From contig OX597821.1 in the NCBI GenBank assembly GCA_951406725.2, positions 74,834,001-74,898,000 of the forward strand: a stretch of 64,000 nt of DNA. Reading direction: 5' to 3'. Within the stretch, counting starts at the first letter, position 1; each line of letters opens with the position of its first letter. Under the pieces are notes generated by a model. The model searched no databases, was not told the origin of the DNA, and saw only the letters and a program-made list of their open reading frames with translations. Shown in pieces: positions 41,948-55,364 of the stretch. This stretch comes from Octopus vulgaris. Taxonomy: Eukaryota. The position numbers were made by a program, and so were the translations under genes.

Positions 41948-41949
<2 letters not shown>

Positions 41950-42335
41950 GCAGAATCGTTGACACGTCGGACAAAATGCTGAGCAACATTTCGTCCGTCT
42001 TTACATTCTGAGTTTAAAAAAAAGAAACCAAGATCGATTTTCCTTTCGGACGAACGAAAGAAGTACTAGCTGCACACTGGGTCGATTTAATTCACTTAAC
42101 TCTTCCCCCAAAATTCTGGCCTTGTGCGTGTAATAGAAAGCATTATTACTAACAGGGAGGGAGCTGGCAGAACCATTACAGTGCTGCAGGATTAGTTTTG
42201 GCTCTTTAGATTCTGGGTTCAGATTCCATCAGAGTCTATCATTCATCTTTCCATTGTTGTAATTGATGCAGTCTATTAATTTCGACCCTTAAAATTTCGG
42301 GCCTTTTTTTTTTGCTGCATTTTAAAAAAGCTGTA

Positions 42336-42380
<45 letters not shown>

Positions 42381-42426
42381 ATTATTATTATTATTATCAT
42401 TATTATTATTACTATTATTATTTTTA

Positions 42427-42512
<86 letters not shown>

Positions 42513-42775
42513 ATTATTATTTCTTTTCGCTAAGGCGGCGAGCTGGCAGAAACGTTAGCACGTCGGGCGAAATGCATAGCGGTATTTCGTCTGCCGTTAC
42601 GTTCTGAGTTCAAATTCCGCCGAGGTGGTCGGCTTTGCCTTTCATCCTTTCGGGGTCGATTAAATAAGTACCAGTTACGCACTAGATTCGATGTAATCGA
42701 CTTAATCTCATCCTGCAAGCTGCCACAAGCGCAGCTTGCAGGATGAGATTATTATTATTATTATTATTATTATTA

Positions 42776-42869
<94 letters not shown>

Positions 42870-43300
42870 GGAGGTATGCTGGCAGAATCGTTAGCACGTT
42901 AGGCGAAATGCTTAGAAGTATTTCGTCAGTCTTCACGATCTGAGTTCAAATTCCGTCGACGTCGACATTGCCTTCCATTCTTTCGGGGTCGATAGATTAC
43001 GTACCAGTCACGCACTGAGGTCGATGTAATCCACTTAAACTTTCCCCACAAAATTAAGACTTGTGCCTATTATAGAAAGGCTTATTCTTCTTATTGTCGT
43101 TGTTCGTAGTTGTAGTTTTAAGGTGACGATCTGGCAGAATCGTTAGAGTACCGAATTAGATTCTGAGTTCAAATACCGCTGAGGTTAACTTTGCCTTTCA
43201 TCCTTTCTGGGCCGATAAAAATAAGTACTTCGGTTGATGTAATCTGTTATGCCCCTCCCTAGTATTTCAGGCCTTGTGCCTATAAAAGAAAGGTTTATTA
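41948..43300 (+). mobile_element. Array of five co-oriented SINE family A copies, several separated by (TTA)n
   Basis: Copies at about 41948-42148, 42155-42335, 42533-42706, 42869-43085 and 43121-43300, with different divergence levels. Confidence 0.88.
42703..42751. other. Perfect 21-bp inverted repeat with 7-nt loop
   Basis: taatctcatcctgcaagctgc-cacaagc-gcagcttgcaggatgagatta. Confidence 0.95.
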
Positions 43301-43784
43301 TTTTGCAGCAGTACTTGTAGCAGTAGGATCTGTAGTTGTAGTAGTAGAAGTAGTAAGTTTAGAAGAAGACCTGGAATTAAGTAGAGCTGGAGATGAATAT
43401 AGAGAGAGGGGATGGGGCCCAAAAAATAAATGCATTTAGCCAGATCAACAACAACAACAACAACTCCTGCAACTAACAACAACAACAACAACACCAGGAA
43501 CAAAGAAAACACAAAATTCGTAGTAGCTTATAAAATCTAAGACAAGGCAGAAAGTACAAAAAATATAGATAAATAAATAAAAAAACTGGGAAATTAAAAC
43601 AAAAACAAGCATAAAATTAAAACCTCTCAAAAACAAAAATATCCCAAAGAAAAGGAGAGGAAAAAGGTATGAAGGCAATTAGGAAGAATTGATGTTCTGT
43701 GGGACAGGGGTTCGGGTTGAGAGAAGGCTGTGACGACTAGGAATAGAGTTTCTAATCCCCTTGATGTTAGTGGAGTGTTGTTTG

Positions 43785-43799
43785 TTTGTGTGTATGCGC

Positions 43800-43881
<82 letters not shown>

Positions 43882-43892
43882 GTGTGTGTTTG

Positions 43893-43935
<43 letters not shown>

Positions 43936-44070
43936 TTTGTTTGTTTGTTGCTGCCTGCTGTCTTGGAAATTCCTTGCCTTAAGTGCCTAGCATGGGAGCA
44001 GACAGGCTAGAATACAGTACAAACAGAAGACAAGGCTCATGTGCATGAGAAAGCGAGAGAGGGAGATAGG

Positions 44071-44121
<51 letters not shown>

Positions 44122-44584
44122 AAATAGAGGGAGAGAGAAACTGAGAGCGAGAGAGAGACACACACAGTCAAACAGACAGACAGGTAGACAGACAGACACA
44201 GAGACAGACAGGGAGAGAGAGTCATGGGTAGAAAGAGAGAGAGAAAGAGAGAGAGAGAGGGAGAGGGAGGGGCTGGGAGAGAAGAGTCAGTGGTAGAGAA
44301 TAGCGATTTGGAACATCCATCTTTGGGTCGGTTTTTACTCCAAAGTATATGAATCAGAGAAAGTGAGTGAATGGGAGAGAGAGATAGGGAGAGAGAGAGG
44401 GAGAGAGGGAGGGAGAGAGGGAGTGAGTGAGTGAGAGAAATTGAAAGAAAGAGGCTGATAGACATGCACTAAAAGAGATGGAGAGAAACATATATATATA
44501 TATATATATATATAGAAGTATAGAAGGAGAGACACTTAGAGGGGTAAAGAGAAAATAATAATAATAATAACAGTAGTAGTAGTA

Positions 44585-44655
<71 letters not shown>

Positions 44656-44918
44656 TGATAATAAAGATGATGATAACAATAATAATAATAATAATAATAA
44701 ATGTTGCATCGGTGGATGGTGGTCACTGCGATATTAATACGTGCCTCGAATGTTAATACATAACTATGAAACTGCTACGTGACTTGAATTTCAATGGTGC
44801 CGAAAGAAAGAAGTACATAAACGTTACTCTCGCAACGCGCCGACATCATTATCAGCATCACCACCACCACCACCACCACCACCACTGCCACCACCACCAT
44901 CACCATCACCCCCTCCTA

Positions 44919-44976
<58 letters not shown>

Positions 44977-45010
44977 GCTACTACTACTGGATCCACCACC
45001 ATCATCACAG
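43785..45010. repeat. (TG)n, (GA)n, (TAA)n, (CAC)n and (ACT)n microsatellite field
   Basis: Direct inspection. Confidence 0.93.
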
Positions 45011-46482
45011 CTACCTCTCATCGTTATCGTTACGACCAGCATCAATTCTGTGCTGCAACTACACTCTAAAGAAATAATTTTTTTTTTTTCTTCTTCTTAA
45101 AGAACATATAGAAATATATAAACACAAATGTGTGTGAAGAGGGTGGCGCTATCTGCAGTTTCTGTTGATTCAATTTACCGTACGATGAACTACTTTTAAA
45201 AATAATAAAAAAAACAACAACAACATAACAACAACGATAACAACAAGAAAACCACAATAACAATAGCTCACATGCATATAGAATCACTTATACTCATATA
45301 CACGCACTCACAGAAATAGAGAGAGAGAGAGAGAAAGAGAGAAAGAGGAAGAGAAAGAGGAGAATTCGAAATACATAAACACACACAGAAAGCAAAGAAC
45401 TTCTTGAAAATCGAATCAGAGGTTGATTTAAATCACCAATGTGGTGTGATGTGTTTTATAGAATTTGTCTACTGTGTCTTCAGAGCCAAAGACAATTTCG
45501 TTGAAGGACAGAAGAAGATTCAATGAGGGGAAGATTCGTCACAGTTAATAAAGTGATGTCAGTCTAGTCAGCATCGTTCGAAGAAATTGAAAGAAATTGT
45601 GAAAAATCAGTTGTAGACTTCGTAAAAAATCACAGAATCTTCTGACCTGATGCTAGTCTGTGTCGGTAAAAATTATACAATGAAGCTTTAGAGAAATTAA
45701 CTTTTTTTTCAAATGAATAAAAAAATTAAAAGAATTGTTTCTCTCAACTGAAGCCTCCATCCTGAAACGTCAAGTTCTTCCTTTCTGATTATGAACTGAA
45801 ATCAAACTAATGAACTTCACTATAGATTTGTTTTTACAACTTTTACAAAGGAAACTCTGACGGCGTTTCATAAAAATATAGTTGCCGTTGTTTCGAGATC
45901 AGCACTGATCAACGAAACCCATGAAGAAAGATATTCTGACCATGCCAAACACGTCACTAATTGAAATTATGTGCTTTTAGGACTTCATCTGCCCCGGCGC
46001 TCTTTCGATTCGGCAGACGATTCAAATGTTACTTCATCACGTGACCGTATATAGTCTGCCATCATTTCCTGGTCTCTTTTCGTGTGATTAAATATGAATG
46101 GTAATTATAGATATGAAATATGTCCGTGTATGTCTTCGGCCCATATTTCAATAGTTTCCCAGGTGTGACATTCCAGCATCGTTTTAAAATGTTCCAACTG
46201 TGATCATCCAGTCTTCTTAAAGAGCTTTCGAAAAGGTTGCATTGTTACGACTGAAACTTTTTTAAAGGTGCGTTATTCACGTTTGGAACACTTTTCATGG
46301 ATGTGCCTAAGACAAACACACGGCAATGTTGATATTTTGGTTTTCATGCACAGTAATCTATATTTAGTCTTGTTGAAGAGACCAGTTTGACAAGATGGGA
46401 ATCATTAGATGGCCGTATGTAAAGAACCAATGGGAAAAAAATATTATTCCAAAAGTCTACTTTAAGCGGAAATATCGAAAAA

Positions 46483-46878
46483 GCGGTGAGCTGGCAGAAT
46501 CGTTAGCACGCCAAGCGAAATGCTTAGCGGTATTTTGTCTGCTGCTACGTTGTGAGTTCAAATTCCGCCGAGGTCGACTTTGCCTTTCATCCTTCCGGGA
46601 TCGATTATATAAGTACCAGTTACATACTGGGGTCGATATAATCGACTTAATCCGTTTGTCTGTCCTTGTTTGTCCTCTCTGTGTTTATCCCCTTGTGGGT
46701 AGTAAAGAAATAGGTATTTCATCAGTTTTTACGTTCTGAGTTCATATTCCGCCGAGGTCGACTTTGCCTTTCATCTTTTTGAGGTTGATAAATTAAGTAG
46801 CAGTTGCGTACTGAGGTCCATCTAATCGACTGGTCCCCTTCCCAAGCATTTCAGGCCTTGTGCCTAGAGTTGAAAAGA
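46483..46878 (+). mobile_element. SINE family A, head plus two body units with two different tails
   Basis: TSD aatatcgaaaaa on both sides; second unit restarts at ggtatttc after aaagaaata. Confidence 0.92.
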
Positions 46879-47783
46879 ATATCGAAAAAACGCTTCTCTG
46901 TCATGGACGAGGGGCATAGTAGAGAGTTGAGTAAAGGTCTAGTAATATCTTGTTATTTAAAGATGACGAATGTAAATGGACAACGGCTGCACGAAGTAGA
47001 ACGGTTAAAATATGAGGTCTATCAAAAAATATATAGTCCAATGACAGATTCTGTAGGAGGATATGGTGTGAGGGCCACTTGGGTGCTATATCTACAGGGT
47101 GGACCAACCACATAGTGTTTCTCTCATTGACTCATAAACTATATTGTTGGAAAAAGGTAAAGAAAATTTTATTTAAAAGGATGCATTATGTTCTGTATCG
47201 TCGCCGATCACGTGATCATTATTTCGTTGAGTTGTAATATGTATGAAGTATTATAGTATTTGTTATTGTTGTTGTTGTTGCTGTTGTTGTTGTTAATGCT
47301 TTTGATATTGTTCAATGTAACATTTGCTGTGACTTTACTTTGGTGCTTATCATACAGTTATTGCAGTTGTTGTTGCTGTTGTTGTAGCAATGTCGCTCCT
47401 ATCATCTTCATTTGAAGTGGCGTTGTTATTTAACCGGAGGCGCAATCCTGATGAAGCAGAACTATGATCAAACGAAATCTAGACATGACCTCTCTTTTCA
47501 GAAAATAGAATACATTATCTTATATTCAGTTCTTTTCATTCAGAGACGGTAGGTTTTGATTCAAGAGGAATTCGCTGCCATTTCTGTTTAGTTTGCTGTT
47601 TTATGTTGTTTGATTTTAAAAATATTGTTAGTATTTTTATGTACTCCATATTTTTATGTATTGTATTGGTGTTTACGCATTGATAAGGTACGCATACATT
47701 ATGCATACTTTATGAATTATATATACATTATATATATTAAATATATATGTATGTATTGCATATATCTTCAGGATTATATATGC

Positions 47784-47842
<59 letters not shown>

Positions 47843-47854
47843 CATATATAATTT

Positions 47855-48310
47855 TGATTGAAGGAGATCCATTAAGGATCGAGGCGTATCAGAGTGAAGC
47901 ACGCCACAATTGAAGGCTAGACAGAATAACACAAATCAGACAGTTCAGTAAGTAATCTATTATGATAGCACGGAATATATCGATGAAGGGGAGTTCAATG
48001 TTGTATGGTATTCCTCAGCTGCAACTCTAGTTGTATCCAAAGAATGAATGGAATCTTAAGAGTGGCGTAAAATCATAATAAAATCAAACGAATGGATAAT
48101 GTGGTACGGTTACAATTGCGTTTGTTTCATTGAGAATATTTTTTGTGATGTATGTATGGTATAATCAGGTGTGTAGTATGCCCAACATCCTTGATATCAT
48201 GTAATACGCTGTGCAACTCCCAACTCATCAGGCTTAGATTTGCGCAAAGTACTACGTAATCTTATGGATTTAGGGATGTTGTACAAATTGCATACATAGC
48301 TGTACCATGT
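47855..48310. mobile_element. Possible Penelope-like remnant (degenerate hammerhead on +, RT-like fragments on -)
   Basis: + strand tga-TTGAAGG-A-GATCC-attaa-GGATC-GAGGC-GTA-tca. Minus strand LCNLYNIPK (LYxxPK) and YYMISRMLGIL. Begins at a (TA)n tract. Confidence 0.35.
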
Positions 48311-49424
48311 TTAGGTTACAGTAAAGATTCGAAACTACTGAAGCATTAGCAGATCATCCATTCGTCTGCTTTTGCTAACACACACACACACACATGTATA
48401 TGCACACACACACATATGTATACTTACACACATAGGTGGAAGAGAAGACTCAGTGAATGATTGAGTAACAAATATTTGTCTTTCGAAAATTGGTATCATT
48501 TCATTATTTTGTATAAGCACCAAGATATTTGACAAAACTTAGAAAATTCCAATTCCTCTATTTTCTGCCGTACTTCCAGATTTCCCAATGTAGCAAACAC
48601 ATGCTTCCAAAGTTACACTCAATTTGAAGGATAACAACTTTCACTGATTAGAAAATGATTGTCTTTGATATATTGTTTTTGATTGAAGCAGGTTACCCTT
48701 CTCATGACATCTATCCTCTGCATAATCCAGTCGCCTCTCCTCACAATTTTTTTTTCTTTACCAATGAGTCCAAACTTCAATTAAAATAACTAACCGATGT
48801 GATATACGGAATGGAAGTGCCACAGGACAACCCGCTGAGACAATCAATAGCTCGTACTCTGTTCCTGGCACTGTCTTGAAGACCGTTCAGCCCTTGGCTG
48901 CTAACTCTGAAATGGTTCGGTTTAGCTTCCCAAAAGTAGTTTAGAAAGAATTAACCAGAGCAATTAACGGCAAGCCAGTCATCGTTTCAAAGCGTGTCTT
49001 GGTTTGTATAGCCTGAGGGGGAAATGAGGGTGTATGACTCACTGCGCTAGACACATGTAAGTGAAGTGGAAGTCTTCCGAGAATGAACCTATGGTTCCAC
49101 CGATAACTCCAACAGTATAGCTCAGGACTCGACCACAAAAAAAAAACAATTTCAACTGTTCTTTTTTTTTTCAGAAAGATGATGATCTTGTAGAGATTTC
49201 GATTGAAACTATTGAAATAACGAAATATTTCAAGATATTCGGTTTAGTCATTGTTCTGTGTTGTTAGCAAGATTAATTATAACGTTCAAATAGCATTTAC
49301 TACAATAATTAAAACCAGTTCAATTACAACCAGATTAATTATGAGCTCATCTATATTTTGAATAAGAGAGGAAAGCATATTCCTTTCTACAGTAGGCACA
49401 CGGTCTGAAATGTTTTTTAAAGTC

Positions 49425-49710
49425 TAGTTCTTATTCTATCAGTGCCTGTTGCCGAACCGCTAGATAGCAGGGACGTAATCACACCAACACAGTAGACACA
49501 CAGACACGCGTGCGCACACATGCACACACATACATATATACATGTATACGACGGGCTTCTTTCAGTTTCTAGCTACCAAATCCATTCAGAAGGCTTTGGA
49601 ACGCCCGAGGCTATATTAAAAAACAACTACCGAAGTGCCACGCAGTGGGACCGAACCCAAAACCTTGTGGTCGGAGAACACATTTCTTACAACACAGCCA
49701 AGCCTACGCC
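49425..49710 (-). mobile_element. SINE family B, diverged
   Basis: ttgccgaaccgcta...tacgacgggcttctttcagtttc...gtgccacgcagtgggaccgaaccc. Confidence 0.85.
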
Positions 49711-50234
49711 TAGGAAGACATTCTCTTCTGTTTATGCTTCTCTCCAATTTTCCACTCCCGTTACACATTTATATTTATTTATTCTGACTTGATAGGGCGC
49801 GAAAATAAACAACGATGAATATTAAAGCTCTCTCTCATTCGCTTGTTTTTGCGAAAATTTGTTTCGTTCAATACTTTGTGCTAGATTAGATTTGACTTCC
49901 TTTCCGCTTTACTTATACAAACACTTGCGATGATTATTAGAGAGATGTCTCCTATGTTATGTAGGAAAGTGATTGACAAGTGTACCGTCAGCCGAACAGT
50001 TGTCAGATTCCTCCTTTTATACGTTTGTTTTACTTGCTGCTCAGAATAACAATAATCGAGCAACATTCTATTTTTATTCTCTTCATTTCATGCTCGAGGC
50101 TGTTTCTTCTTTTAGACTCGATTGGAATTACAGCATGAGAGAACGACCACTTTCTATTGATACGCTACTGATATCTGCTGCTACTGGGTGCAATTCGCCA
50201 ATATTTGCTTCACCTAAATCATCAATAGGTTACG

Positions 50235-50291
<57 letters not shown>

Positions 50292-50599
50292 TCATTGTCA
50301 GCATCTTCCTCCGCATTTTTGTGTCACTTCCTTGCGATGCTTTTAATTGCCATGTGATAATTGGGAAAATTTTTGTACTCAAGTAAGTTGTCACAGACGT
50401 TAATGTGTTATTATTTGGAACTCATTCCAGAAAAATAATCCGCTGAACAATTATCTGTGCCAAATTGTATGTATGTATGTATGTATGTATGTATGTATGT
50501 ATGTATGTATGTATGTATGTATGTATGTATGTATGTATGTATGTGTGTGTGTGTATGTATGTATGTATGTATGGATGTATGTACGTACGTATTTACCTA

Positions 50600-50975
50600 G
50601 TTGGAATTTACGAAAAAAAAAAGCCGAAGACGGGTGTGTAAACAACAAACAGATGTATTAGTTTAACGCTCGGGAATTGAGAATTTCTTTAACGTTTCGA
50701 GCTTAAGCTCTTCGACAGAAAGGAACACAAAAATAAACAGGGAGAGAAAAAAGAAAAAGGTTTAGTGGCTAGGGATCAATATATATATATATATAATTTC
50801 GAAACAAACCACCTTTTATCCATTCAATAATGAAAAAAGTTAAATTATACCATTTAGAAAAATTAACTTTTTCTATTCGAGCCTACGCTCCTCGACAGAA
50901 AGGAACAGAGAAATAAAGAGAGAGAGAGAAAATAAAAAAACTGGTTTAGTGCCTAGCGATCAATCATGGCGAAGG
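50600..50975 (-). mobile_element. Family P1 element in two tandem partial copies
   Basis: 50600-50780 and 50875-50975 share tcgacagaaaggaacac..aaataaa.ag.gagagaaa...ggtttagtg.ctag.gatcaat. Confidence 0.8.
50687..50722 (-). ncRNA. Minimal type I hammerhead-like motif (core variant)
   Basis: cttt-CTGTCGA-A-GAGC-ttaa-GCTC-GAAAC-GTT-aaag. Perfect helices I and II, palindromic aacgtt in place of helix III, A6 replaced by U. Confidence 0.6.
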
Positions 50976-51599
50976 CTGGACCTATGTGTCTATTTACGCA
51001 TGTATGTATGCATGCAAGGATGCATGTAGATGTGTATCTATGTCAGAGTATTTATGTGTATATGTACCCATGAAGAATATTTACAAAATATTTATAAAAG
51101 ATTAGTGTTTGTCCATTGTATACATGCCCCCCACCCAAAAAAAAAAAGAAGGCCAAATTGTTAAGAAATTGACATTAAATTTTTGGTTTTGAAATATGAG
51201 TGGCAGTGGGTTCAACAGCAACAACCGCAGATTTTATCCGAATAATATTTAATTTGCCAAGATTACAACACCCTTCAGGTGCCGGGATAGGGCAGATTCC
51301 AGCTCTCAGTTCCCCTTTATCTTGAAACTCTGCGACCAAGTGGGATAGAGTTGAAAGCTCAATCTCACTACCTCGCCTGGAACTCGCAATTGTCAAAATT
51401 TTCGCCACAAGAGATTACAAAATCTCCAGCAACCTGCTGTATCCATCAACAGGAAGAATGAACCATGTTATTGCTGCTCCCCGAGGCACATCTCTTAATG
51501 GACTTCAAGCCATGAGAAATGGAATAAGGAAGATCGGAATAATGGTGAAACTGAATGGTTACAACATTTGAAGTAGTTTTTTTTTTTCATCAACAACAG

Positions 51600-52500
51600 A
51601 GAAAAAAACTAAGTTGCTTGGAAGATGAGGAATTGGAAAGTAACTGGATCCGTTTTTGTTCAGAGGTATTAGATAAAGAATTCGACAGAAGGCTATAAAA
51701 GAATAACAGAACAGCTTATTTCTCCAATCAACGGGAATGAAGAGATTCCTTTGTGGATAATTACAAGACGAACAATATCGTGCTTGACAGATTCTTCAAA
51801 AAGGAATGCTGTAAATAACAATAGACTTTATATAATGACTCCCATCGATGCAAAGCTGCTTACTGGTACAATCGCTGATGAAGTGTATACATTTCTTAAT
51901 GAAAACCGAAATATCCTTCTTTGAGAGGAAGGGCTGTAAACGAGATTGCAAGAGAACTAAGGACCAGCTACTCGTAGATAAAATAGTGGTGAAAGATAAG
52001 CGAAGGAAGATATACTTAGCAATGGTCTGGATAGATGATTGAAATGACATCGCATTCGTGGACCATTGAATGTTTGAATGTGTTTGGGATTGCAAACAAT
52101 GTCAAGAGTTGTTTTTTTGAGAAAAAGCATGCACAATTGCAAACCTGAGCCCACATTGTATGGACAGAACCTAGGGAGGTTAAGAGTCAAAAGACATATT
52201 TTTCAGGGAAACTGCGACTCCTTTGCAATTTTTTGTATGATTCCTTTAACATTGCTACTGAGAAAAGTAACATCTGGATATTGTCTTAAAGGCAAACAAC
52301 GAAATATCAAACATCTGTTATTTATGGATGACCTCAATCCGTATGGGAAGGACAAAGCTCAAGTTATTTTTTTTAGTGAACATTCATGACGGGAGGAAGT
52401 GTCAACAAACTTGAAGGTATAGAATTACCTCCTCAGGGAGAATGTTGAGAAAAATTGACATTTCTCAGTATAAACACTTGAGTATATTAGAAATCAGCTT
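51600..52500 (+). pseudogene. Older R4/Dong-clade RT remnant
   Basis: NWKVTGS (WKAPGP), ERKGCKRDCKRTKDQLLVDK, LAMVWID, RHIFQGN, HLLFMDDL, YKHLSILE. Confidence 0.87.
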
Positions 52501-52529
52501 ACACATAGTCATAATCAACCTTTTCAGAG

Positions 52530-53140
52530 TGAACCACCATTTCTTTTTGGAAACCTGTTCCATCAACGCCCTCTTAACTAATTAAATAATCCAGTCTCTT
52601 TAAGATTAGCACGCTGTGAGTGACGCATTGGGATTCAAGTAACTGGGTACCTATTTGAGAAGCCTATCTTGGTTGACTGTACATATAAAAACGTTTTAGT
52701 CTGTAGAGCTACAGATTTTAAAATGTTGAAAACTTATACTTTCATTGTCTACTGCTACAAATAATATTCTATCTAGATACGATCTGGTTGAATGGGCGCA
52801 ATTTATCCATTTAAACAATATTCTACATACAGGAAATGCAGTCTGCACATGCCGGACACTGGGTAATTCAGGAGTAGATTTGCGAAGGTTTTGCATACCA
52901 TTCATCTAGGGCCACACAATCCAAACGTGCATCACAGATGGCGTTCCAGTTGCCCTCTGGTATCAAAGAGTGGGAGTTTTCAAGGAAATCCTTTCAATGC
53001 CCAAAACAATCTATCTCGCTCCTGTAGGAGCATAAACAGCTACCAGTAAGACACTTCTCTATTCGCTACTTTTCACAACCAGGTCCGATAAATTACCTTC
53101 TGTGTTGAACATAATGGTCAAATATCGCGAGATGCGGGTC
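52530..53140 (-). pseudogene. L1/Tx1-like APE endonuclease remnant
   Basis: Minus-strand motifs LVAVYAPT, EGNWNAICD (GDFN), RSYLDRIL, STD* (SDH), PSYLNPNASL (GYWKLNxSL). Confidence 0.7.
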
Positions 53141-53774
53141 CTTCCTAGCTTTGGTGATGACTGTCATATTTCTATTTAGTGTAGCCCTGCTTCTAAGGTA
53201 ACTTCAAGTCCCCTGCATTTAGACGGCGTTTCGGAATAAACCCTAAGAGTTTTCCTTCATTTGGGTGTATAATAGGTTTTACTAGTGTTTGTGTTGATGG
53301 TTGTCCCTGTGGTGGTAGTGCTTTTGATGGTGTTGATGATGTTGGTTGTGTTTCGTTCTTGGGAGGTGTATACCCGTCCATTTGCATTTCTCGATTTTGT
53401 GTGATTTTTTCTCTTTCCTTTCTCTTTTAATGGTTTGTTACTTGTTGCTCGTTCCTTTATTCTTTGTCACATTGGCCATACAACGACATGTCTTCACGAG
53501 TAAGGGGCATGGCATTGTCCTTTCTTTTTTTTGTTATTGGCGATGCATTTCAGTCGTTGTTGCTCTCGGGGATGAGGTGTCCCCGGCGGTTGGGGGTTTC
53601 TTTCGTACTTTTGTCACGTTCGATTCTACTATTTGTGTTGTTTCTCTTTCGTTGTCGCTGCAGTTACTGTTACTTTCGCAGCTGATGTTTCTAGTGTGGA
53701 AGTTGCTGCCAATAGTGTTGTTCTTGTTGTTCGCTGTGGCTGTTGATGTTTAATGGATGGTGTCGGCTGAAGAA

Positions 53775-53790
53775 GAGGCCGTCATCATCG

Positions 53791-53822
<32 letters not shown>

Positions 53823-54185
53823 GTCATCAGTAGCGACGTCACCGATATCTATCAAAATCATTATGGTCCTCCTCCCCCTCGTCCTCATCCTCGTCTTCCT
53901 CCGCGTCCTCATCCTCGTCCTTCACCCCGTACTCCTCCTCCTCTCCGCTTCTCTTCCACATCCTCTCTTCCTCCTCGTCCTTTTCCTTCCTCCTCCTCAC
54001 CCCCCTCTTCCTCCTCCTCATCATCATCATATTCAACAACATCGTTGTCATAATCATTTTAACATCATCATGGCCGTAATCATCGTCGTCGTAGTCACCA
54101 CGACCACCACCACGACCACCAACACCATCATCATCACCATCATCATCTCGTCGTCGTAGTCATCATCATCATCATCATCATCAAC
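53775..54185. repeat. (TCA)n/(TCC)n low-complexity tract
   Basis: Direct inspection. Confidence 0.93.
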
Positions 54186-54867
54186 TAATCTTTAGCCCAC
54201 TTCGCACTTGTTCAATTGTCGGCGGCCTTGAAGCATCGTATCCCAAATACCTTCAATTCTCCAACTTGCCTCCCCCACACCCCACATCCCTCTCACCACT
54301 TACCCTACGCATGCCTCAATATTCTATCAGAAGCAGAAAATAACTCGTACAGTATGGAAAAAAATATTTTACCTCCCAGTTAACTATTGAAGCAAAAATG
54401 AAAATAAAATAACAGATATATTTTCTGTTTTTACATATTTGGTATAATTGAAATGGTCTTAAAATGAATTCTATGAGAATTATTTATTGACCTGAAGAGT
54501 CAAGTAAAAGATGGATGGAATTTTTTAGCAGACTCACAGAGTTATAAAAAAGAGAAACTCTATGAAAGTCTGCAGCACCGTGTCCCATGTCCACCTCCGG
54601 AAAACTTCAGGAAACGGACCTGGCACGTTTATTAGAAAAAATAATAAATTATATCCACATGTAACATAATTTCACGTAATCCAATATTCGCGATTCGCAT
54701 ACAGAAATATTGTGTGTGAGTGTGTGTGTGTGTGTGTGCACGTGTGTGTATAAACACGCGTATATCTACAGAGATAAATAAATTTATAAATATAGTTAAC
54801 TATATATGTGTATATACGTGCCTAAAAATATTCATATATATTGTATATTCACGTGTATGTGTGTGTG

Positions 54868-54869
<2 letters not shown>

Positions 54870-54964
<95 letters not shown>

Positions 54965-54989
54965 TTTTATACATATCTCAGCATATACA

Positions 54990-55068
<79 letters not shown>

Positions 55069-55304
55069 AATATATATATATCCATATATACATATATACA
55101 TATAGATATATATAGATATATACATATATAAGCATATATATGTAATATGTGTATATACATGTATGTAATATATATGTATATAATATGTTTATATAAATAT
55201 AAATATATATATATAAATATAGATATGTGCATACATAGTTATATAAATGTATATATGTATATGTGTTTATACATGATTGCATCTGAATATGGGTGTGTCT
55301 TGAA

Positions 55305-55360
<56 letters not shown>
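54870..55360. repeat. (TA)n field
   Basis: Direct inspection. Confidence 0.95.

Positions 55361-55364
<4 letters not shown>

Noticed and set aside
41948-43300. CRISPR-like repeat-spacer array
   Set aside because: The repeats are ~200-bp diverged SINEs with microsatellite spacers in eukaryotic DNA.
45138-45158. CTCF-like motif (also near 9533-9550)
   Set aside because: Short imperfect matches are expected by chance in 64 kb.
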